Positions 48,218 to 57,763 of a stretch of DNA of 64,000 bases are shown here, piece by piece. A program made the translations under genes and the position numbers. A model generated the notes under the pieces. The model did no database searches, had not been told where the DNA came from, and worked only from the letters and a program-made list of their open reading frames with translations. Every line of letters starts with the position of its first letter. The first letter of the stretch is position 1. Source of the DNA: Gemmatimonadota bacterium (GTDB lineage Bacteria > Gemmatimonadota > Gemmatimonadetes > Palauibacterales > Palauibacteraceae); contig OY762926.1 in the NCBI GenBank assembly GCA_963666735.1, forward strand, positions 2,495,319 to 2,559,318. Reading direction: 5' to 3'.

Positions 48218-49876
48218 CTAACTCCCGTTGTCGGTGGCCGTGGTTGTGGCGCGCTTCTGTTCTTCGACCATCTCGGCCACGTCGGCGAGCAGTTGCTTCG
48301 CGTCGTACACGATGCCGTCCTTGATCGTGTAGAGGATGCCGCCGACGGTTTCCACCTCGCCCGTCTCGTCGTTGAGGCGCCGCGCCCCGGTGCCGTACAG
48401 GACCTTCAGGTTCCGGATCGGGTTCTCGTCCACGATCACGAGATCCGCCAGCAGGCCGCGGCGCACGACCCCGAACTCGATGGGGCGGCCCGTCGGCTTG
48501 AACAGCGTCTCGGCCGCGTGCATGGTCGCGGCGCGGATCACCTCCAGCGGATGGAACCCGGCGTGCTGCAGGAGTTCCATCTCCTGGATCGTGGAGAAGC
48601 CCATGAGGTTGTAGATGTAGCCGGCATCCGAACTCGCCGTGACGCGGCCGCCCATGTTCTTGTAGTCGTTGAGCAGGTCGTGCCACACCTCGAGGAAATC
48701 GCGCCACGCCACCTCCTCCCACGTCGTCCAGTCGAAGTAGTAGGAGCCATGGTCCTCGCGGTTCGCCTCGTAGAACTCCCACAGCGTGGGCAGCGTGTAG
48801 GTCTCGTGCCACGGCGCGTACATCTGGTCGTCGACATCCCAACTCGCCTGGTAGGCGGTCATCGTGGGGTCGAGGGTGACGTCGTACGAGAGCATTTCCT
48901 CCAGGAAAGCGTTCCACTCGGGGCTGCCGCGCTCGTGGATCAGGTTCCACTGCCTGGGGACCTGGCCGAAGCGGTGCTGCTCGTCGTTGTAGTTCATCTC
49001 CGGGGGCCACGGTTGGACGTCGTGGTCCTTGTACAGCGCCTCGAACAGTCCGTAGAAGTGCGTGACGGTGCCGAGGCCGAGGCGCGCCGCGTCGAGCGCG
49101 TTCATCTGCGCGACACCCATCTGGCCGAGGTGGGCCGTGCTGCCGAGGCCAAGTTGGGCGGCCTCGTCGAGCAGCGCCTCCATGATCTCGGGGCGGAACG
49201 AGTTGAGCTTGAGCCCGTCGCCGCCTGATTCCTTCACGTACCGGACCCAGTCGCGCGCGTCCTCCGGGGTGTCGATCCGGCGACCGCCCCATCCCTCGCC
49301 GCCGGCGCCGGTGAAGGGATAGACCCACATGCGCGGGGCCACGATCTCGTTCGCCGCGCTGCGCGCCTTCTCCGCGACCGCCCAGTCGTGCGGGCCGAAG
49401 CCGACCCCGCGCCCGGTCGTGATCCCGTGCGACATCCAGAGCTTGTACGTGTACTCGGCCTCGGGCGCCTTGGGGACGCCACCGGTGTGCAGGTGGAGGT
49501 CGACGAAACCCGGCAGGACATACATGCCCGTCGCGTCGATCTCGTGCACGATCGCGTCCGGGTTGCCCTCGACCGTGAGGCCGGGGCGGCGCGCCTCGTC
49601 GATCGGGCGCTGCGGAACGCCCACGCCGACCACGTCGACGATGCGGTTCCCCTCGATGACGATGTCCATCGGGCCGATGGGGGGCGCGCCGGTGCCGTCG
49701 ATCACGGTGGCGCCGCGGATGATGAGGCGGTCGTACGGTCCCTCGCCTTCGTCCGGGCCCCGGTCCGGAGCCCCGATCATCTGCGTCGGCTGCGCGGCCG
49801 GGGCCGCTGTGGCGAGAAGGATCAGCGCCGCGGAGGCGGCCGGAATGCTTCGGATGGCGTGGCCGATTGTTTTCAC
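48218..49876 (-). CDS. Amidohydrolase family protein (Amidohydro_3-like), secreted
   Basis: Signal peptide; VDLHLH metal-binding start; length 552 aa. Confidence 0.7.
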   Translation of the reverse strand: MKTIGHAIRSIPAASAALILLATAAPAAQPTQMIGAPDRGPDEGEGPYDRLIIRGATVIDGTGAPPIGPMDIVIEGNRIVDVVGVGVPQRPIDEARRPGLTVEGNPDAIVHEIDATGMYVLPGFVDLHLHTGGVPKAPEAEYTYKLWMSHGITTGRGVGFGPHDWAVAEKARSAANEIVAPRMWVYPFTGAGGEGWGGRRIDTPEDARDWVRYVKESGGDGLKLNSFRPEIMEALLDEAAQLGLGSTAHLGQMGVAQMNALDAARLGLGTVTHFYGLFEALYKDHDVQPWPPEMNYNDEQHRFGQVPRQWNLIHERGSPEWNAFLEEMLSYDVTLDPTMTAYQASWDVDDQMYAPWHETYTLPTLWEFYEANREDHGSYYFDWTTWEEVAWRDFLEVWHDLLNDYKNMGGRVTASSDAGYIYNLMGFSTIQEMELLQHAGFHPLEVIRAATMHAAETLFKPTGRPIEFGVVRRGLLADLVIVDENPIRNLKVLYGTGARRLNDETGEVETVGGILYTIKDGIVYDAKQLLADVAEMVEEQKRATTTATDNGS

Positions 49877-49958
49877 GCGTCGTTCTCCATCGATGGTGCA
49901 GGGGCGGGCGGCCGAAAGGACCGCTGGCAGCCTGCTGCGTTTGGGCGGCCACGGACTG

Positions 49959-51227
49959 CTACGGTCCGAGGGCCGCGACGGGGATTACGGCGACACCGTC
50001 CGCACGTTCGTATGCATAGCCATCGTGGACGATAACGCAGAGGGCTGCCGGTTCTCCACACCGGTCCGTATCCACCCGCTGCGCGAACTTGAGCAGGATC
50101 TTGGCGGCGTCGTCGATCCGGTGCGTACCCAGCTTGACTTCGAAGGCGGCCCAACGGCCGGGTCCCCCGTCGACGATGACGTCCACCTCCAAACCTGTGT
50201 TGTCTCGATAGTGGTACACGTGCGCATCCATGGCTTGGGCGTAGACGCGCAGATCCCGCACGACCAGCGACTCGAACAACAGCCCAAACCACGCGATATC
50301 ACTCATTAGATGACGGGCGTCCGCACGGAGCGCCGCGGTGGCCACCGATGGGTCCGCGAAGTGCCGCTTGGGCGTGGACCGCAGCCGTGAGCGCGAGCGG
50401 AGATGGGGTCCCCAGGGAGGCTGCGGCTCGATAAGCATGAGGCGTTGCAGTGTCGCCAAGTAGGTGTGCGCCGTCCCTTCGCTCAGCGGCGGCCCCGGCC
50501 CGCCGACGTCCGCCGCCAACGTCGAGATGGATGCGGTCGTCGATACGTTGCGCGCGTACGACTGCAGCAGCCGGCTCACGCGCTCCGGGTTATGCCGCGT
50601 TCCGTCCAAGTTAGGGACGTCGGTCCGGCAGACCTCTTCGATGTAGTCCCGGTTCGCCCGCAGAGCCGCGCGTGGCGACTTTCCAAGGTTGGCGGGCCAG
50701 CCGCCGAAACAGACGAGGTCGGCGAGCGCCCTCGCGCCCAGTCGAGCCTCCGAACCCGGTACGCGTTCGCCGCCCAGGACGGCCCGGAGCGACACGGATC
50801 CGGTGGACCGGCCCAGTTCGAACAAGGACATGGGCCGTAGGCGAAGTCGGCTGACGCGGCCCGCGCCGGAATGACGCGTGATGTCATCCGACGGCACGGC
50901 GGAGCCCGTGAGGATGAACTGCCCCGCCGCCTGGCGGTCGTCCACCGCGCGCCTCATGTGATTCCAAAGTCCGGGCTCCAGCTGCCACTCGTCCAGGAGG
51001 CGAGGTGCCGGGCCCGCCAGTAGCTCGGCCGGATCCAGCCTGGCGAGCCGGCGGGCCGTCTCGTCCACATCAAGGAGTACCTGGCTGCGCGCGAGGCGCT
51101 GCGCCGTCCACGTCTTGCCGGAGGCGCGCGGTCCTTCGATGAGAACGGTGCCCGCCGCCGCGAGGCGTTCCTCCAGCTCCGCGTCCGCGACCCGCGGGCG
51201 GTAGCCCTGTGTAGATGCCATCGTCAC
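49959..51227 (-). CDS. AAA-domain ATPase with DUF4143-like C-terminal region
   Basis: GPRASGKTW Walker A; typical 420-aa architecture. Confidence 0.7.
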   Translation of the reverse strand: MTMASTQGYRPRVADAELEERLAAAGTVLIEGPRASGKTWTAQRLARSQVLLDVDETARRLARLDPAELLAGPAPRLLDEWQLEPGLWNHMRRAVDDRQAAGQFILTGSAVPSDDITRHSGAGRVSRLRLRPMSLFELGRSTGSVSLRAVLGGERVPGSEARLGARALADLVCFGGWPANLGKSPRAALRANRDYIEEVCRTDVPNLDGTRHNPERVSRLLQSYARNVSTTASISTLAADVGGPGPPLSEGTAHTYLATLQRLMLIEPQPPWGPHLRSRSRLRSTPKRHFADPSVATAALRADARHLMSDIAWFGLLFESLVVRDLRVYAQAMDAHVYHYRDNTGLEVDVIVDGGPGRWAAFEVKLGTHRIDDAAKILLKFAQRVDTDRCGEPAALCVIVHDGYAYERADGVAVIPVAALGP

Positions 51228-51470
51228 ACTCGACCCGGTTGTGCGGCTGGCTGTTGAAACCGCTGCCGACCTTCAGGTTACGTTGGAGCACTCGGATTCG
51301 CAACGCGTTTGTGAGTTGTATCGCAACGCTGTCACAATCTGATTTGCGGCAGTTTTGTACATGGTTTTGCAACAATAACGCAATCTGTTTTGCAATATTC
51401 CTGTGATCGGAATAACAGATCTGTGGGTTTGCAAGCGGTTGTAAGCGCGGCGTGGGTGGAGCTTTCGGCT
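51228..51470. promoter_or_regulatory. Low-GC (~45%) intergenic region upstream of AAA ATPase with 5+ copies of (T)TTGCAA / TCGCAACGC motifs; candidate operator array/promoter
   Basis: Repeats visible: gattcgcaacgcg, tatcgcaacgctg, ttttgcaacaat, ttttgcaatatt, gtttgcaagcgg. Confidence 0.3.
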
Positions 51471-52922
51471 CTAACCGTCGAGATGGTACAGGCGGCGGTT
51501 GTTCTCGTGCAGGATCATGCGCGCCGCCGCCACGGCCTCGTCACGGTTCAGGATCCCTGCGTCAACGTAGATCCCGAGCGCCTGCGCGAGGAACCGCCGA
51601 CCCCACTTGGCGGCGAGCCAGTAGAACTCCGGCAGGTGGTAGGCGTCGCTCCCGAACAGGATCTTGGAGAGGGGGACGACCTCCATCACCTCGAGGAACA
51701 TGCGCAGCATGCCGTGGTGGATGAGGGGCGCGGCGAGCGACAGCTCGAAGTGGCAGTTCGCGTACAGGTGGGTCAGCCACGCGGCGCGCCCGATCAGCGG
51801 GTAGCCGGCGTGGATGAGGATGACCTGCGGCATGCGCATCACGCCGCCGCGCTCGAAGCGGACCATCTCCTCCATGAGGAACGGGTCCTGGTGGCGCATG
51901 ATCCCGCGCGGGGCTTCGCCATCGCCGGCGTGGAACTGCATCGGCATGTCCCGCTCCAGGCACGCCTCGAGCGCGAGGGAGTGGAGGTAGAGCAGCGCCT
52001 CGCTCTGCATCTGCCAGTAGTCGTCGCGGTCCCGGGCGTCGGCCGCCGGGACCTCGCCGCGCGCGCGGCTGGCCCGGAACGCGTCCCACGAGCGGCGGGC
52101 CGCGGCCCGGTCGAAGTGCGGCTTGAGGAGCCCGAGGCGCGGGAGCAGGTACGACTTCATCCCATACGAGGGGGCGCCGAGGTTGCCGCTCCCGTCGAGT
52201 CCGCTCTCGATCTCGGCCATCATCCGCGTCTCGATCTCGTCGAGACTCAGATCCTCGCTCATGGGTGCCCGCAGGATCGTGTCCACGCGCAGGATATGGC
52301 GGCCGCGGGTGGGGAGGATCGCGTCCTTGAAGCGGGCCACGCCGCCCTGGTCCATCCCTTCCCGGTAGCCCATGTCGAGCATCGCGTTCTCGATGTTCGC
52401 GTCGGCGAACATGGCGCGGAGATAGCTCGCGTAGTCCCGCCCGCGCTCGTTACGGGCCTCGATCACCGCCTCGAAGGTCGGGTCGCAGTCGAGGAAGGCG
52501 GCGAGTTCCTTCACGAGATAGCGGAGGAAGACCGTCTCCCCCGCCTGTTCGAGGACGCGGGCCCGCGTGTTCGAGACATCGAATTCCGCGTCGAGCGCGC
52601 TCCGCTCCGCCGCGTCGCCCGCCCGCCAGCGCTGGTAAACGCCGGCCGGAAAATAGCGGTCCATGGGGAAGGCGGAGAGCGCGAGCCGCTCGATGAACTC
52701 GCCGGCATCCGTCTCCGCGTCGTCGAACGTGAGCGGGTGACAGTGCGTGTCGTCGACCGGGATCTCGCGCAGTTCGTCGAGGAGCGCGCGGGCCGTCGGG
52801 TCCAGGCCCTCGCTCCCCGCACGGGCGGAAGCGAATCCGGCGCCACCGCCGACACAGGCCGCGAGCAGCGCACTGCCCCCGCCGACGCCGGCCAGATTCA
52901 GAAACTCCCTGCGATCCGGCAT
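51471..52922 (-). CDS. Amidohydrolase (Amidohydro_2 TIM-barrel) with Tat signal
   Basis: RREFLNLAGVGGGSALLAA twin-arginine; metal-dependent hydrolase pattern. Confidence 0.65.
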   Translation of the reverse strand: MPDRREFLNLAGVGGGSALLAACVGGGAGFASARAGSEGLDPTARALLDELREIPVDDTHCHPLTFDDAETDAGEFIERLALSAFPMDRYFPAGVYQRWRAGDAAERSALDAEFDVSNTRARVLEQAGETVFLRYLVKELAAFLDCDPTFEAVIEARNERGRDYASYLRAMFADANIENAMLDMGYREGMDQGGVARFKDAILPTRGRHILRVDTILRAPMSEDLSLDEIETRMMAEIESGLDGSGNLGAPSYGMKSYLLPRLGLLKPHFDRAAARRSWDAFRASRARGEVPAADARDRDDYWQMQSEALLYLHSLALEACLERDMPMQFHAGDGEAPRGIMRHQDPFLMEEMVRFERGGVMRMPQVILIHAGYPLIGRAAWLTHLYANCHFELSLAAPLIHHGMLRMFLEVMEVVPLSKILFGSDAYHLPEFYWLAAKWGRRFLAQALGIYVDAGILNRDEAVAAARMILHENNRRLYHLDG

Positions 52923-52975
52923 AATCGCGCCCCTTTCGCGGCGCTACGCGCTCGGCCCGGCCGGCCGCACCGCCG

Positions 52976-54238
52976 TCAGTGGCGGACCTCCGTGTCTACC
53001 CCCTCCTCCCCTTCCGAGCGGGCGATGATCGCGGCGCCGCACGAGTCGCTGAACACGTTGACCGCGGTGCGGTACATGTCGAGCGGCCGGTCGATGGCGA
53101 GCATCGCGCCCACGATCGTGATCGCCTCCGGGTTGTCGCCGAGGCCGATCGCGTTGAGGACGATGAAGATCACGACCACGCCGGCCGACGGCACCGCGGC
53201 CGCCCCGATCGAGGCGAGGAGCGCCGTGAGGACGACGATCGCCTGCTGCCCGATGCTGAGGTCGACGCCGAGCACCTGCGCGATGAAGAGGGCGCCGGCG
53301 CACTCGAAGATCGCCGTGCCGTCCATGTTCACGGTGGCGCCCATCGGGAGCACGAACGAGGAGACCTTGTTCGAGACGCCGACCTTCTCGCGCAACGTCT
53401 TGATCGTGACCGGGAGCGTCGCGCCCGACGAGCTCGTCGAGAACGCGGTGAGGAGCGGCTCGCGCAGGTTCGCGAAGTGGACCAGCGGCTTGATGCGGCC
53501 CAGCACGATCAAGAGGAGCGGCATCGTGATGAAGAGGTGGATCGTGAGCCCCGACCCGATCGTCGCGAAGTACTTCGCGAGCGCGGCGAAGCGGTCGAAT
53601 CCGGTCTCCCCCACCATGCGCGTGATGAGCGCGAAGACGCCGATGGGGAGGAACTTTATGATCCCCGACGTGAGCGCCATCATCGCCTGGAAGAAGGCGT
53701 TGAAGATGTCGGTGACCACGACGCGGGGCTTCTCCGGCAGCCCGGTGATCGCCGCGCCGAAGACGATGCAGAAGAAGATGACCGCCAGCATGTCGCCCGC
53801 GGAGGCGGCGGCGAAGAAGTTGCTCGGGACGATGTCGAGGATGAGGTCCACCGGAGAATCCGGCGTGCTGAGTTCGGGCACTTCCTGTTGGGCCGCCGCG
53901 CCCATGTCCGCGTTTCGGCCCGGGCGGATGAGGTTCACCATCAGGAGCCCGGTCAGCGCCGCCAGCATGCTCGACAGCACGTAGTAGCCCATCGTCTTGC
54001 TGAACAGGCGGCCGATGGCCCTTCCCCCGCCCACCGACGCGACCCCGGACACGATCGACGTGAGCACGAGCGGCACGATGATCATCCGGAGCAGCTTCAT
54101 GAACAGCTCGCCGATCCAGCCGATCGCGTTGGCCGCGGGCAGCCCGAAAGCCCAGCCCGTGATGAGCCCCAGGGCCATGGCGGCCAGCACCTGCCAGTGA
54201 AGGCGTCGGTACCAGGGGAGCGTGGGATCGTATTCCAT
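52976..54238 (-). CDS. Dicarboxylate/amino acid:cation symporter (GltP/DctA family); start ATG 54238 with GGAG SD
   Basis: Strong DAACS conservation through 8 TM/HP regions. Confidence 0.85.
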   Translation of the reverse strand: MEYDPTLPWYRRLHWQVLAAMALGLITGWAFGLPAANAIGWIGELFMKLLRMIIVPLVLTSIVSGVASVGGGRAIGRLFSKTMGYYVLSSMLAALTGLLMVNLIRPGRNADMGAAAQQEVPELSTPDSPVDLILDIVPSNFFAAASAGDMLAVIFFCIVFGAAITGLPEKPRVVVTDIFNAFFQAMMALTSGIIKFLPIGVFALITRMVGETGFDRFAALAKYFATIGSGLTIHLFITMPLLLIVLGRIKPLVHFANLREPLLTAFSTSSSGATLPVTIKTLREKVGVSNKVSSFVLPMGATVNMDGTAIFECAGALFIAQVLGVDLSIGQQAIVVLTALLASIGAAAVPSAGVVVIFIVLNAIGLGDNPEAITIVGAMLAIDRPLDMYRTAVNVFSDSCGAAIIARSEGEEGVDTEVRH

Positions 54239-54525
54239 TGGCGTCTCCGGTGCGGCGCCGTCGGGCGGCGCATGTCCAGCGTCTCGGGGCGGCCGGATAC
54301 CGAGGCGGTCCAACCGCTGTTCGAACGATCGATCCAACGGGGGTTGATCGTGGTGTCCAGACGGCAAACGGGCAATGGGCGTCACTTCCCCGCCCGCGTT
54401 GAGCGCCTTACGGGCCCCGGCGCCTCGGCACTTTCGGTAGCTCGCGAACTCCCGGGACGCGACTCTAGCTTCACCCGAGCCCGAAACGCCCCGCGCGACG
54501 CGGGCGGCGCCGCCCCGGAGATGCC

Positions 54526-55398
54526 ATGCCCAGAATCATGCTTGCGGACAACCTCGACGCGCTCCGGCGCCTGGCCGATGGCCACGCGGATCTCATCTAC
54601 ATCGATCCGCCGTTCAACACCGGCCGGACGCAGCAGATGACGCGGGTTCGGACGCGTCGCGTCTCACCGGGTGAAGGCGGAGACCGGACGGGCTTCCAAG
54701 GGGCGCGCTACGAGACGACCGCTTGGGGCACGCGCCGCTTTGCGGACCGGTTCGACGACTACCTCGAGTTCCTCGGCCCCCGGCTCGTCGAGGCATACCG
54801 CGTTCTCGCTCCGCACGGGTCTTTCTACCTCCACGTCGACTACCGGGAGGTGCACCACTGCCGCGTCTTCCTGGACGACCTGTTCGGGCCGGAAAACCTC
54901 CTGAACGAGATCATCTGGGCGTACGACTACGGCGCGCGGCCGAAGACGCGGTGGCCGGCGAAGCACGACAACATCCTGTTCTACGTGAAGGACCGGACCA
55001 ACTACGTCTTCAATGTGGATGAGATCGAGCGCATCCCCTACATGGCGCCGGGGCTCGTCGGGCCCGAGAAGGCCGCGCGCGGCAAGCTGCCCACGGACAC
55101 CTGGTGGCACACGATCGTCCCCACGAGAGGCGCCGAGAGGACGGGCTATCCGACCCAGAAACCGCTCGGCATCCTGCGCCGCATCATCACGGCTTCCTCG
55201 AATCCCGGCGACCTCGTGCTCGACTTCTTCGCGGGCAGCGGCACCACCGGCATGGCCGCCCACGAACTGGGGCGAGACTTCATCCTCGTCGACGATAACC
55301 CCGAGGCACTCGAAGTGATGGCGAAACGGTTCGAATCCATGCGCGGCGTCCGCTGGGAGGGCTTCGACCCGCCCAAGATCTTGGAATCACATGCATAG
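54526..55398 (+). CDS. Beta-class DNA methyltransferase (N6-adenine or N4-cytosine), orphan or partner of adjacent unknown genes
   Basis: DPPF (motif IV) near N-terminus followed later by FFAGSGTTG (motif I). Confidence 0.8.
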   Translation: MPRIMLADNLDALRRLADGHADLIYIDPPFNTGRTQQMTRVRTRRVSPGEGGDRTGFQGARYETTAWGTRRFADRFDDYLEFLGPRLVEAYRVLAPHGSFYLHVDYREVHHCRVFLDDLFGPENLLNEIIWAYDYGARPKTRWPAKHDNILFYVKDRTNYVFNVDEIERIPYMAPGLVGPEKAARGKLPTDTWWHTIVPTRGAERTGYPTQKPLGILRRIITASSNPGDLVLDFFAGSGTTGMAAHELGRDFILVDDNPEALEVMAKRFESMRGVRWEGFDPPKILESHA

Positions 55399-55590
55399 CA
55401 TCGACTTGCGTGCGCGCCACGGCCCGATTCCGTGTTGTCTTCGCCTCCTCGGGAAACCCTCGTCCGGCTCCACGAGTCGCATGCAACGGCGGACCGGCAA
55501 CGGTGGCCCGGGCGGGTTGCTCGCTACACGAACAACCTCCATTCTGCTCGACGTTCGTCGATTCCTGGCCTGGGGTGAGGGGAGGAGGGA

Positions 55591-56124
55591 GTGGGGGAAA
55601 AGGTCCTTGATCTGGGCGACCTGGGCGACGGAACCATGGTCGGGCTGAGCCCGGAAGTTGGAAGCTCCTTGGCCCAAGCGGGTGCCGTGTGCCTGGAATC
55701 GCAGTCTCACGTGCCGGGGGTTGACCTAGCGGTCACGGGCAGGATCGTGGGCACGCATCCCCTGCACTGGGAACCTCCGGATGATCAGGCACGCCTTTCC
55801 TGGGGCAACGAGATCGACGCGACCGAGGACGGCGCGGCGGGGATCGCCCTTCTGTTGGCCCGTCGGTTGATGAACCTTGTCGTGATGAGCCGATCTCGGC
55901 ACGGCACCGGCTTCGACTACTGGCTGGGCGGGGACACCGCCGAACCCCCGATCCAAGGTGCGGTCCGTCTGGAGGTGTCCGGTGTTCGCAGTGGACCGTC
56001 CGCCGTTGTGGCGCGGCGATTGAAGCAGAAGCTGGACCAGATGCAACGTGGTGACCCGACGTTCGCGGGCTATGCGATCGTGATCGAATTCGGACGACCA
56101 ACGACCGCCGTGGCAACACCATGA
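55591..56124 (+). CDS. Hypothetical protein, no recognisable domain; GTG start with GGAGGAGGGA SD
   Basis: ORF + strong RBS + ATGA coupling to next gene. Confidence 0.4.
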   Translation: MGEKVLDLGDLGDGTMVGLSPEVGSSLAQAGAVCLESQSHVPGVDLAVTGRIVGTHPLHWEPPDDQARLSWGNEIDATEDGAAGIALLLARRLMNLVVMSRSRHGTGFDYWLGGDTAEPPIQGAVRLEVSGVRSGPSAVVARRLKQKLDQMQRGDPTFAGYAIVIEFGRPTTAVATP

Positions 56125-57218
56125 ACGAGTCGCGCACCGCTCACGATCGGGCGATGGACCTTGCGTTTCTTGCGGATCGATCCAAGGCGGCAGGCAACTT
56201 GGAGGAAGCCGGCCGGCTCTATGCGCAAGCCTTGGAGCGCGAGTTGGCGGCGCTGCGCGCCCTCCGAGACCCGGCCCCCGTTACGTTCGCGGTCATGCAT
56301 CGGAGCGCCGCTTGGCTAGCTCTGGAATGCGATGACGTCCGGCTCGCCGAGAAGCTCGCGTCCGCCGGACTTGCAGGAGACCCGCCTCCCGAGATTGCTG
56401 ACGAACTGCGCGAAGTCTGGGAACAGGCCAATTTCCACCGGCACCTCTATGCACGAGGGGTTGTCCTCTCGGATAACGAGATTCAGATGACCCTTTCGGG
56501 CCCCGGAGTGGGCTTGGGCATTACCGAATGGACGGGATATCGCACCCGCGTGGACCACACGTTGCGCATGATCACCCGCATCACCGAAAGAAGAGCGGAG
56601 CGGCCGTTCAGGTACGGGAAACCTCCCGGAGTCGAGATCCAAAAGCACCTGAGTCCGCATGTCTCCCTAGCGAAGGCGGCGAGCTACTCGGTGTCCATCC
56701 GACTAGGGGCTGACCAACTGCGCTTTCCCGGGCTGGACCTGCCTGAGATGCCGGACGTGATTCACGACTTCTTGACGATCGTCGAGAAAGTGAACGGCGC
56801 CGGCGACGATCAGCTTGAAGAGACGATCCCGGACGCCTCCTATCGTCGAAACGCCCTCGCCCTTGCCAAGAAGATCGCTCCCGACGGTAAGAGCATCAGA
56901 CAGGTCGGATTCGCGGCTGCGGGGGTTGAAGGGCGTCGCACGATTGGATTCACTCGCACGAGGAAGGAGGTCCGGCCACCCGCCATCGACCGCACACAGG
57001 AGGAGGAGGAGGTTGAGATCCACGGTACCCTGCTGTTTGCGGATGCTCGGAGTAGCAGCAACGAGATCAGGATCGTTGCTGACGACGGTGATCACAAAGT
57101 AAAGGTTCCACCTGAAATGATGGACGATATCGTTCGTCCGTTGTGGAATGCGGCGGTTTCGGTTCGAGGCGTGCGGCGCGGCAAGTCTGTCACTTTGACA
57201 GAAATCGACCCCTCATGA
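56121..57218 (+). CDS. Hypothetical protein (helical/TPR-like N-half, beta-rich C-half), translationally coupled to preceding gene
   Basis: ORF, coupling, lower GC than flanks. Confidence 0.4.
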   Translation: MNESRTAHDRAMDLAFLADRSKAAGNLEEAGRLYAQALERELAALRALRDPAPVTFAVMHRSAAWLALECDDVRLAEKLASAGLAGDPPPEIADELREVWEQANFHRHLYARGVVLSDNEIQMTLSGPGVGLGITEWTGYRTRVDHTLRMITRITERRAERPFRYGKPPGVEIQKHLSPHVSLAKAASYSVSIRLGADQLRFPGLDLPEMPDVIHDFLTIVEKVNGAGDDQLEETIPDASYRRNALALAKKIAPDGKSIRQVGFAAAGVEGRRTIGFTRTRKEVRPPAIDRTQEEEEVEIHGTLLFADARSSSNEIRIVADDGDHKVKVPPEMMDDIVRPLWNAAVSVRGVRRGKSVTLTEIDPS

Positions 57219-57312
57219 GGCGCCGCTGTGACGTGAACGACGTCATCGAGGGACTCGGCACCCAACGGCGGCGACGGGTGGAGGAGCCGCTGCTGAACTC
57301 ATCGCGGAGGAA

Positions 57313-57537
57313 ATGACGCTGCGCGAGCTGCGCAAGGCCCGGCGGCTCACCCAAGTCAGCCTGGCACGCCAACTCGGCATAGGCCAGGAAGGCATATCGC
57401 GGCTGGAAAAGCGTAGTGACCTGCTCCTCTCGACTCTGCGCAGGACCGTTGAGGCCATGGGAGGTAGGCTCTCGCTGGTCGCGAGGTTCCCCGACCGGCC
57501 GCCCGTCGAGTTGTCCGGCATCGCCGATCCGGAATAG
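57313..57537 (+). CDS. XRE-family HTH protein (antitoxin/regulator-like)
   Basis: MTLRELRKARRLTQVSLARQLGIGQEGISRLEKR. Confidence 0.55.
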   Translation: MTLRELRKARRLTQVSLARQLGIGQEGISRLEKRSDLLLSTLRRTVEAMGGRLSLVARFPDRPPVELSGIADPE

Positions 57538-57763
57538 AAACCCCGATTCCCAGTCCTTCGAGTCCGCCGGGCGCGCGGCGGCGCGACTTGGCGGGCCAAG
57601 GCCCGCGGTCTGCCGCGGCAAGCCGGAAGCGTAACGCTAGGGCCGGTTGTGCCGCCTCTCGCGTCTCAACATGTTTGCCCATGTCCATCAAGAATCATCC
57701 CGCATAACCGATGGATTCATCCAAACCGCCACGGTCCATCGTCCGGTCGGAGTGGGGGACGCG

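Noticed and set aside
48180-49952. 590-aa minus-strand ORF in alternative frame
   Set aside because: Overlaps the amidohydrolase (48218..49876) in another frame; Arg/Gly-rich composition, no motifs
51390-53984. 864-aa plus-strand ORF
   Set aside because: Antisense to amidohydrolase and GltP-family transporter genes, both strongly conserved on the minus strand
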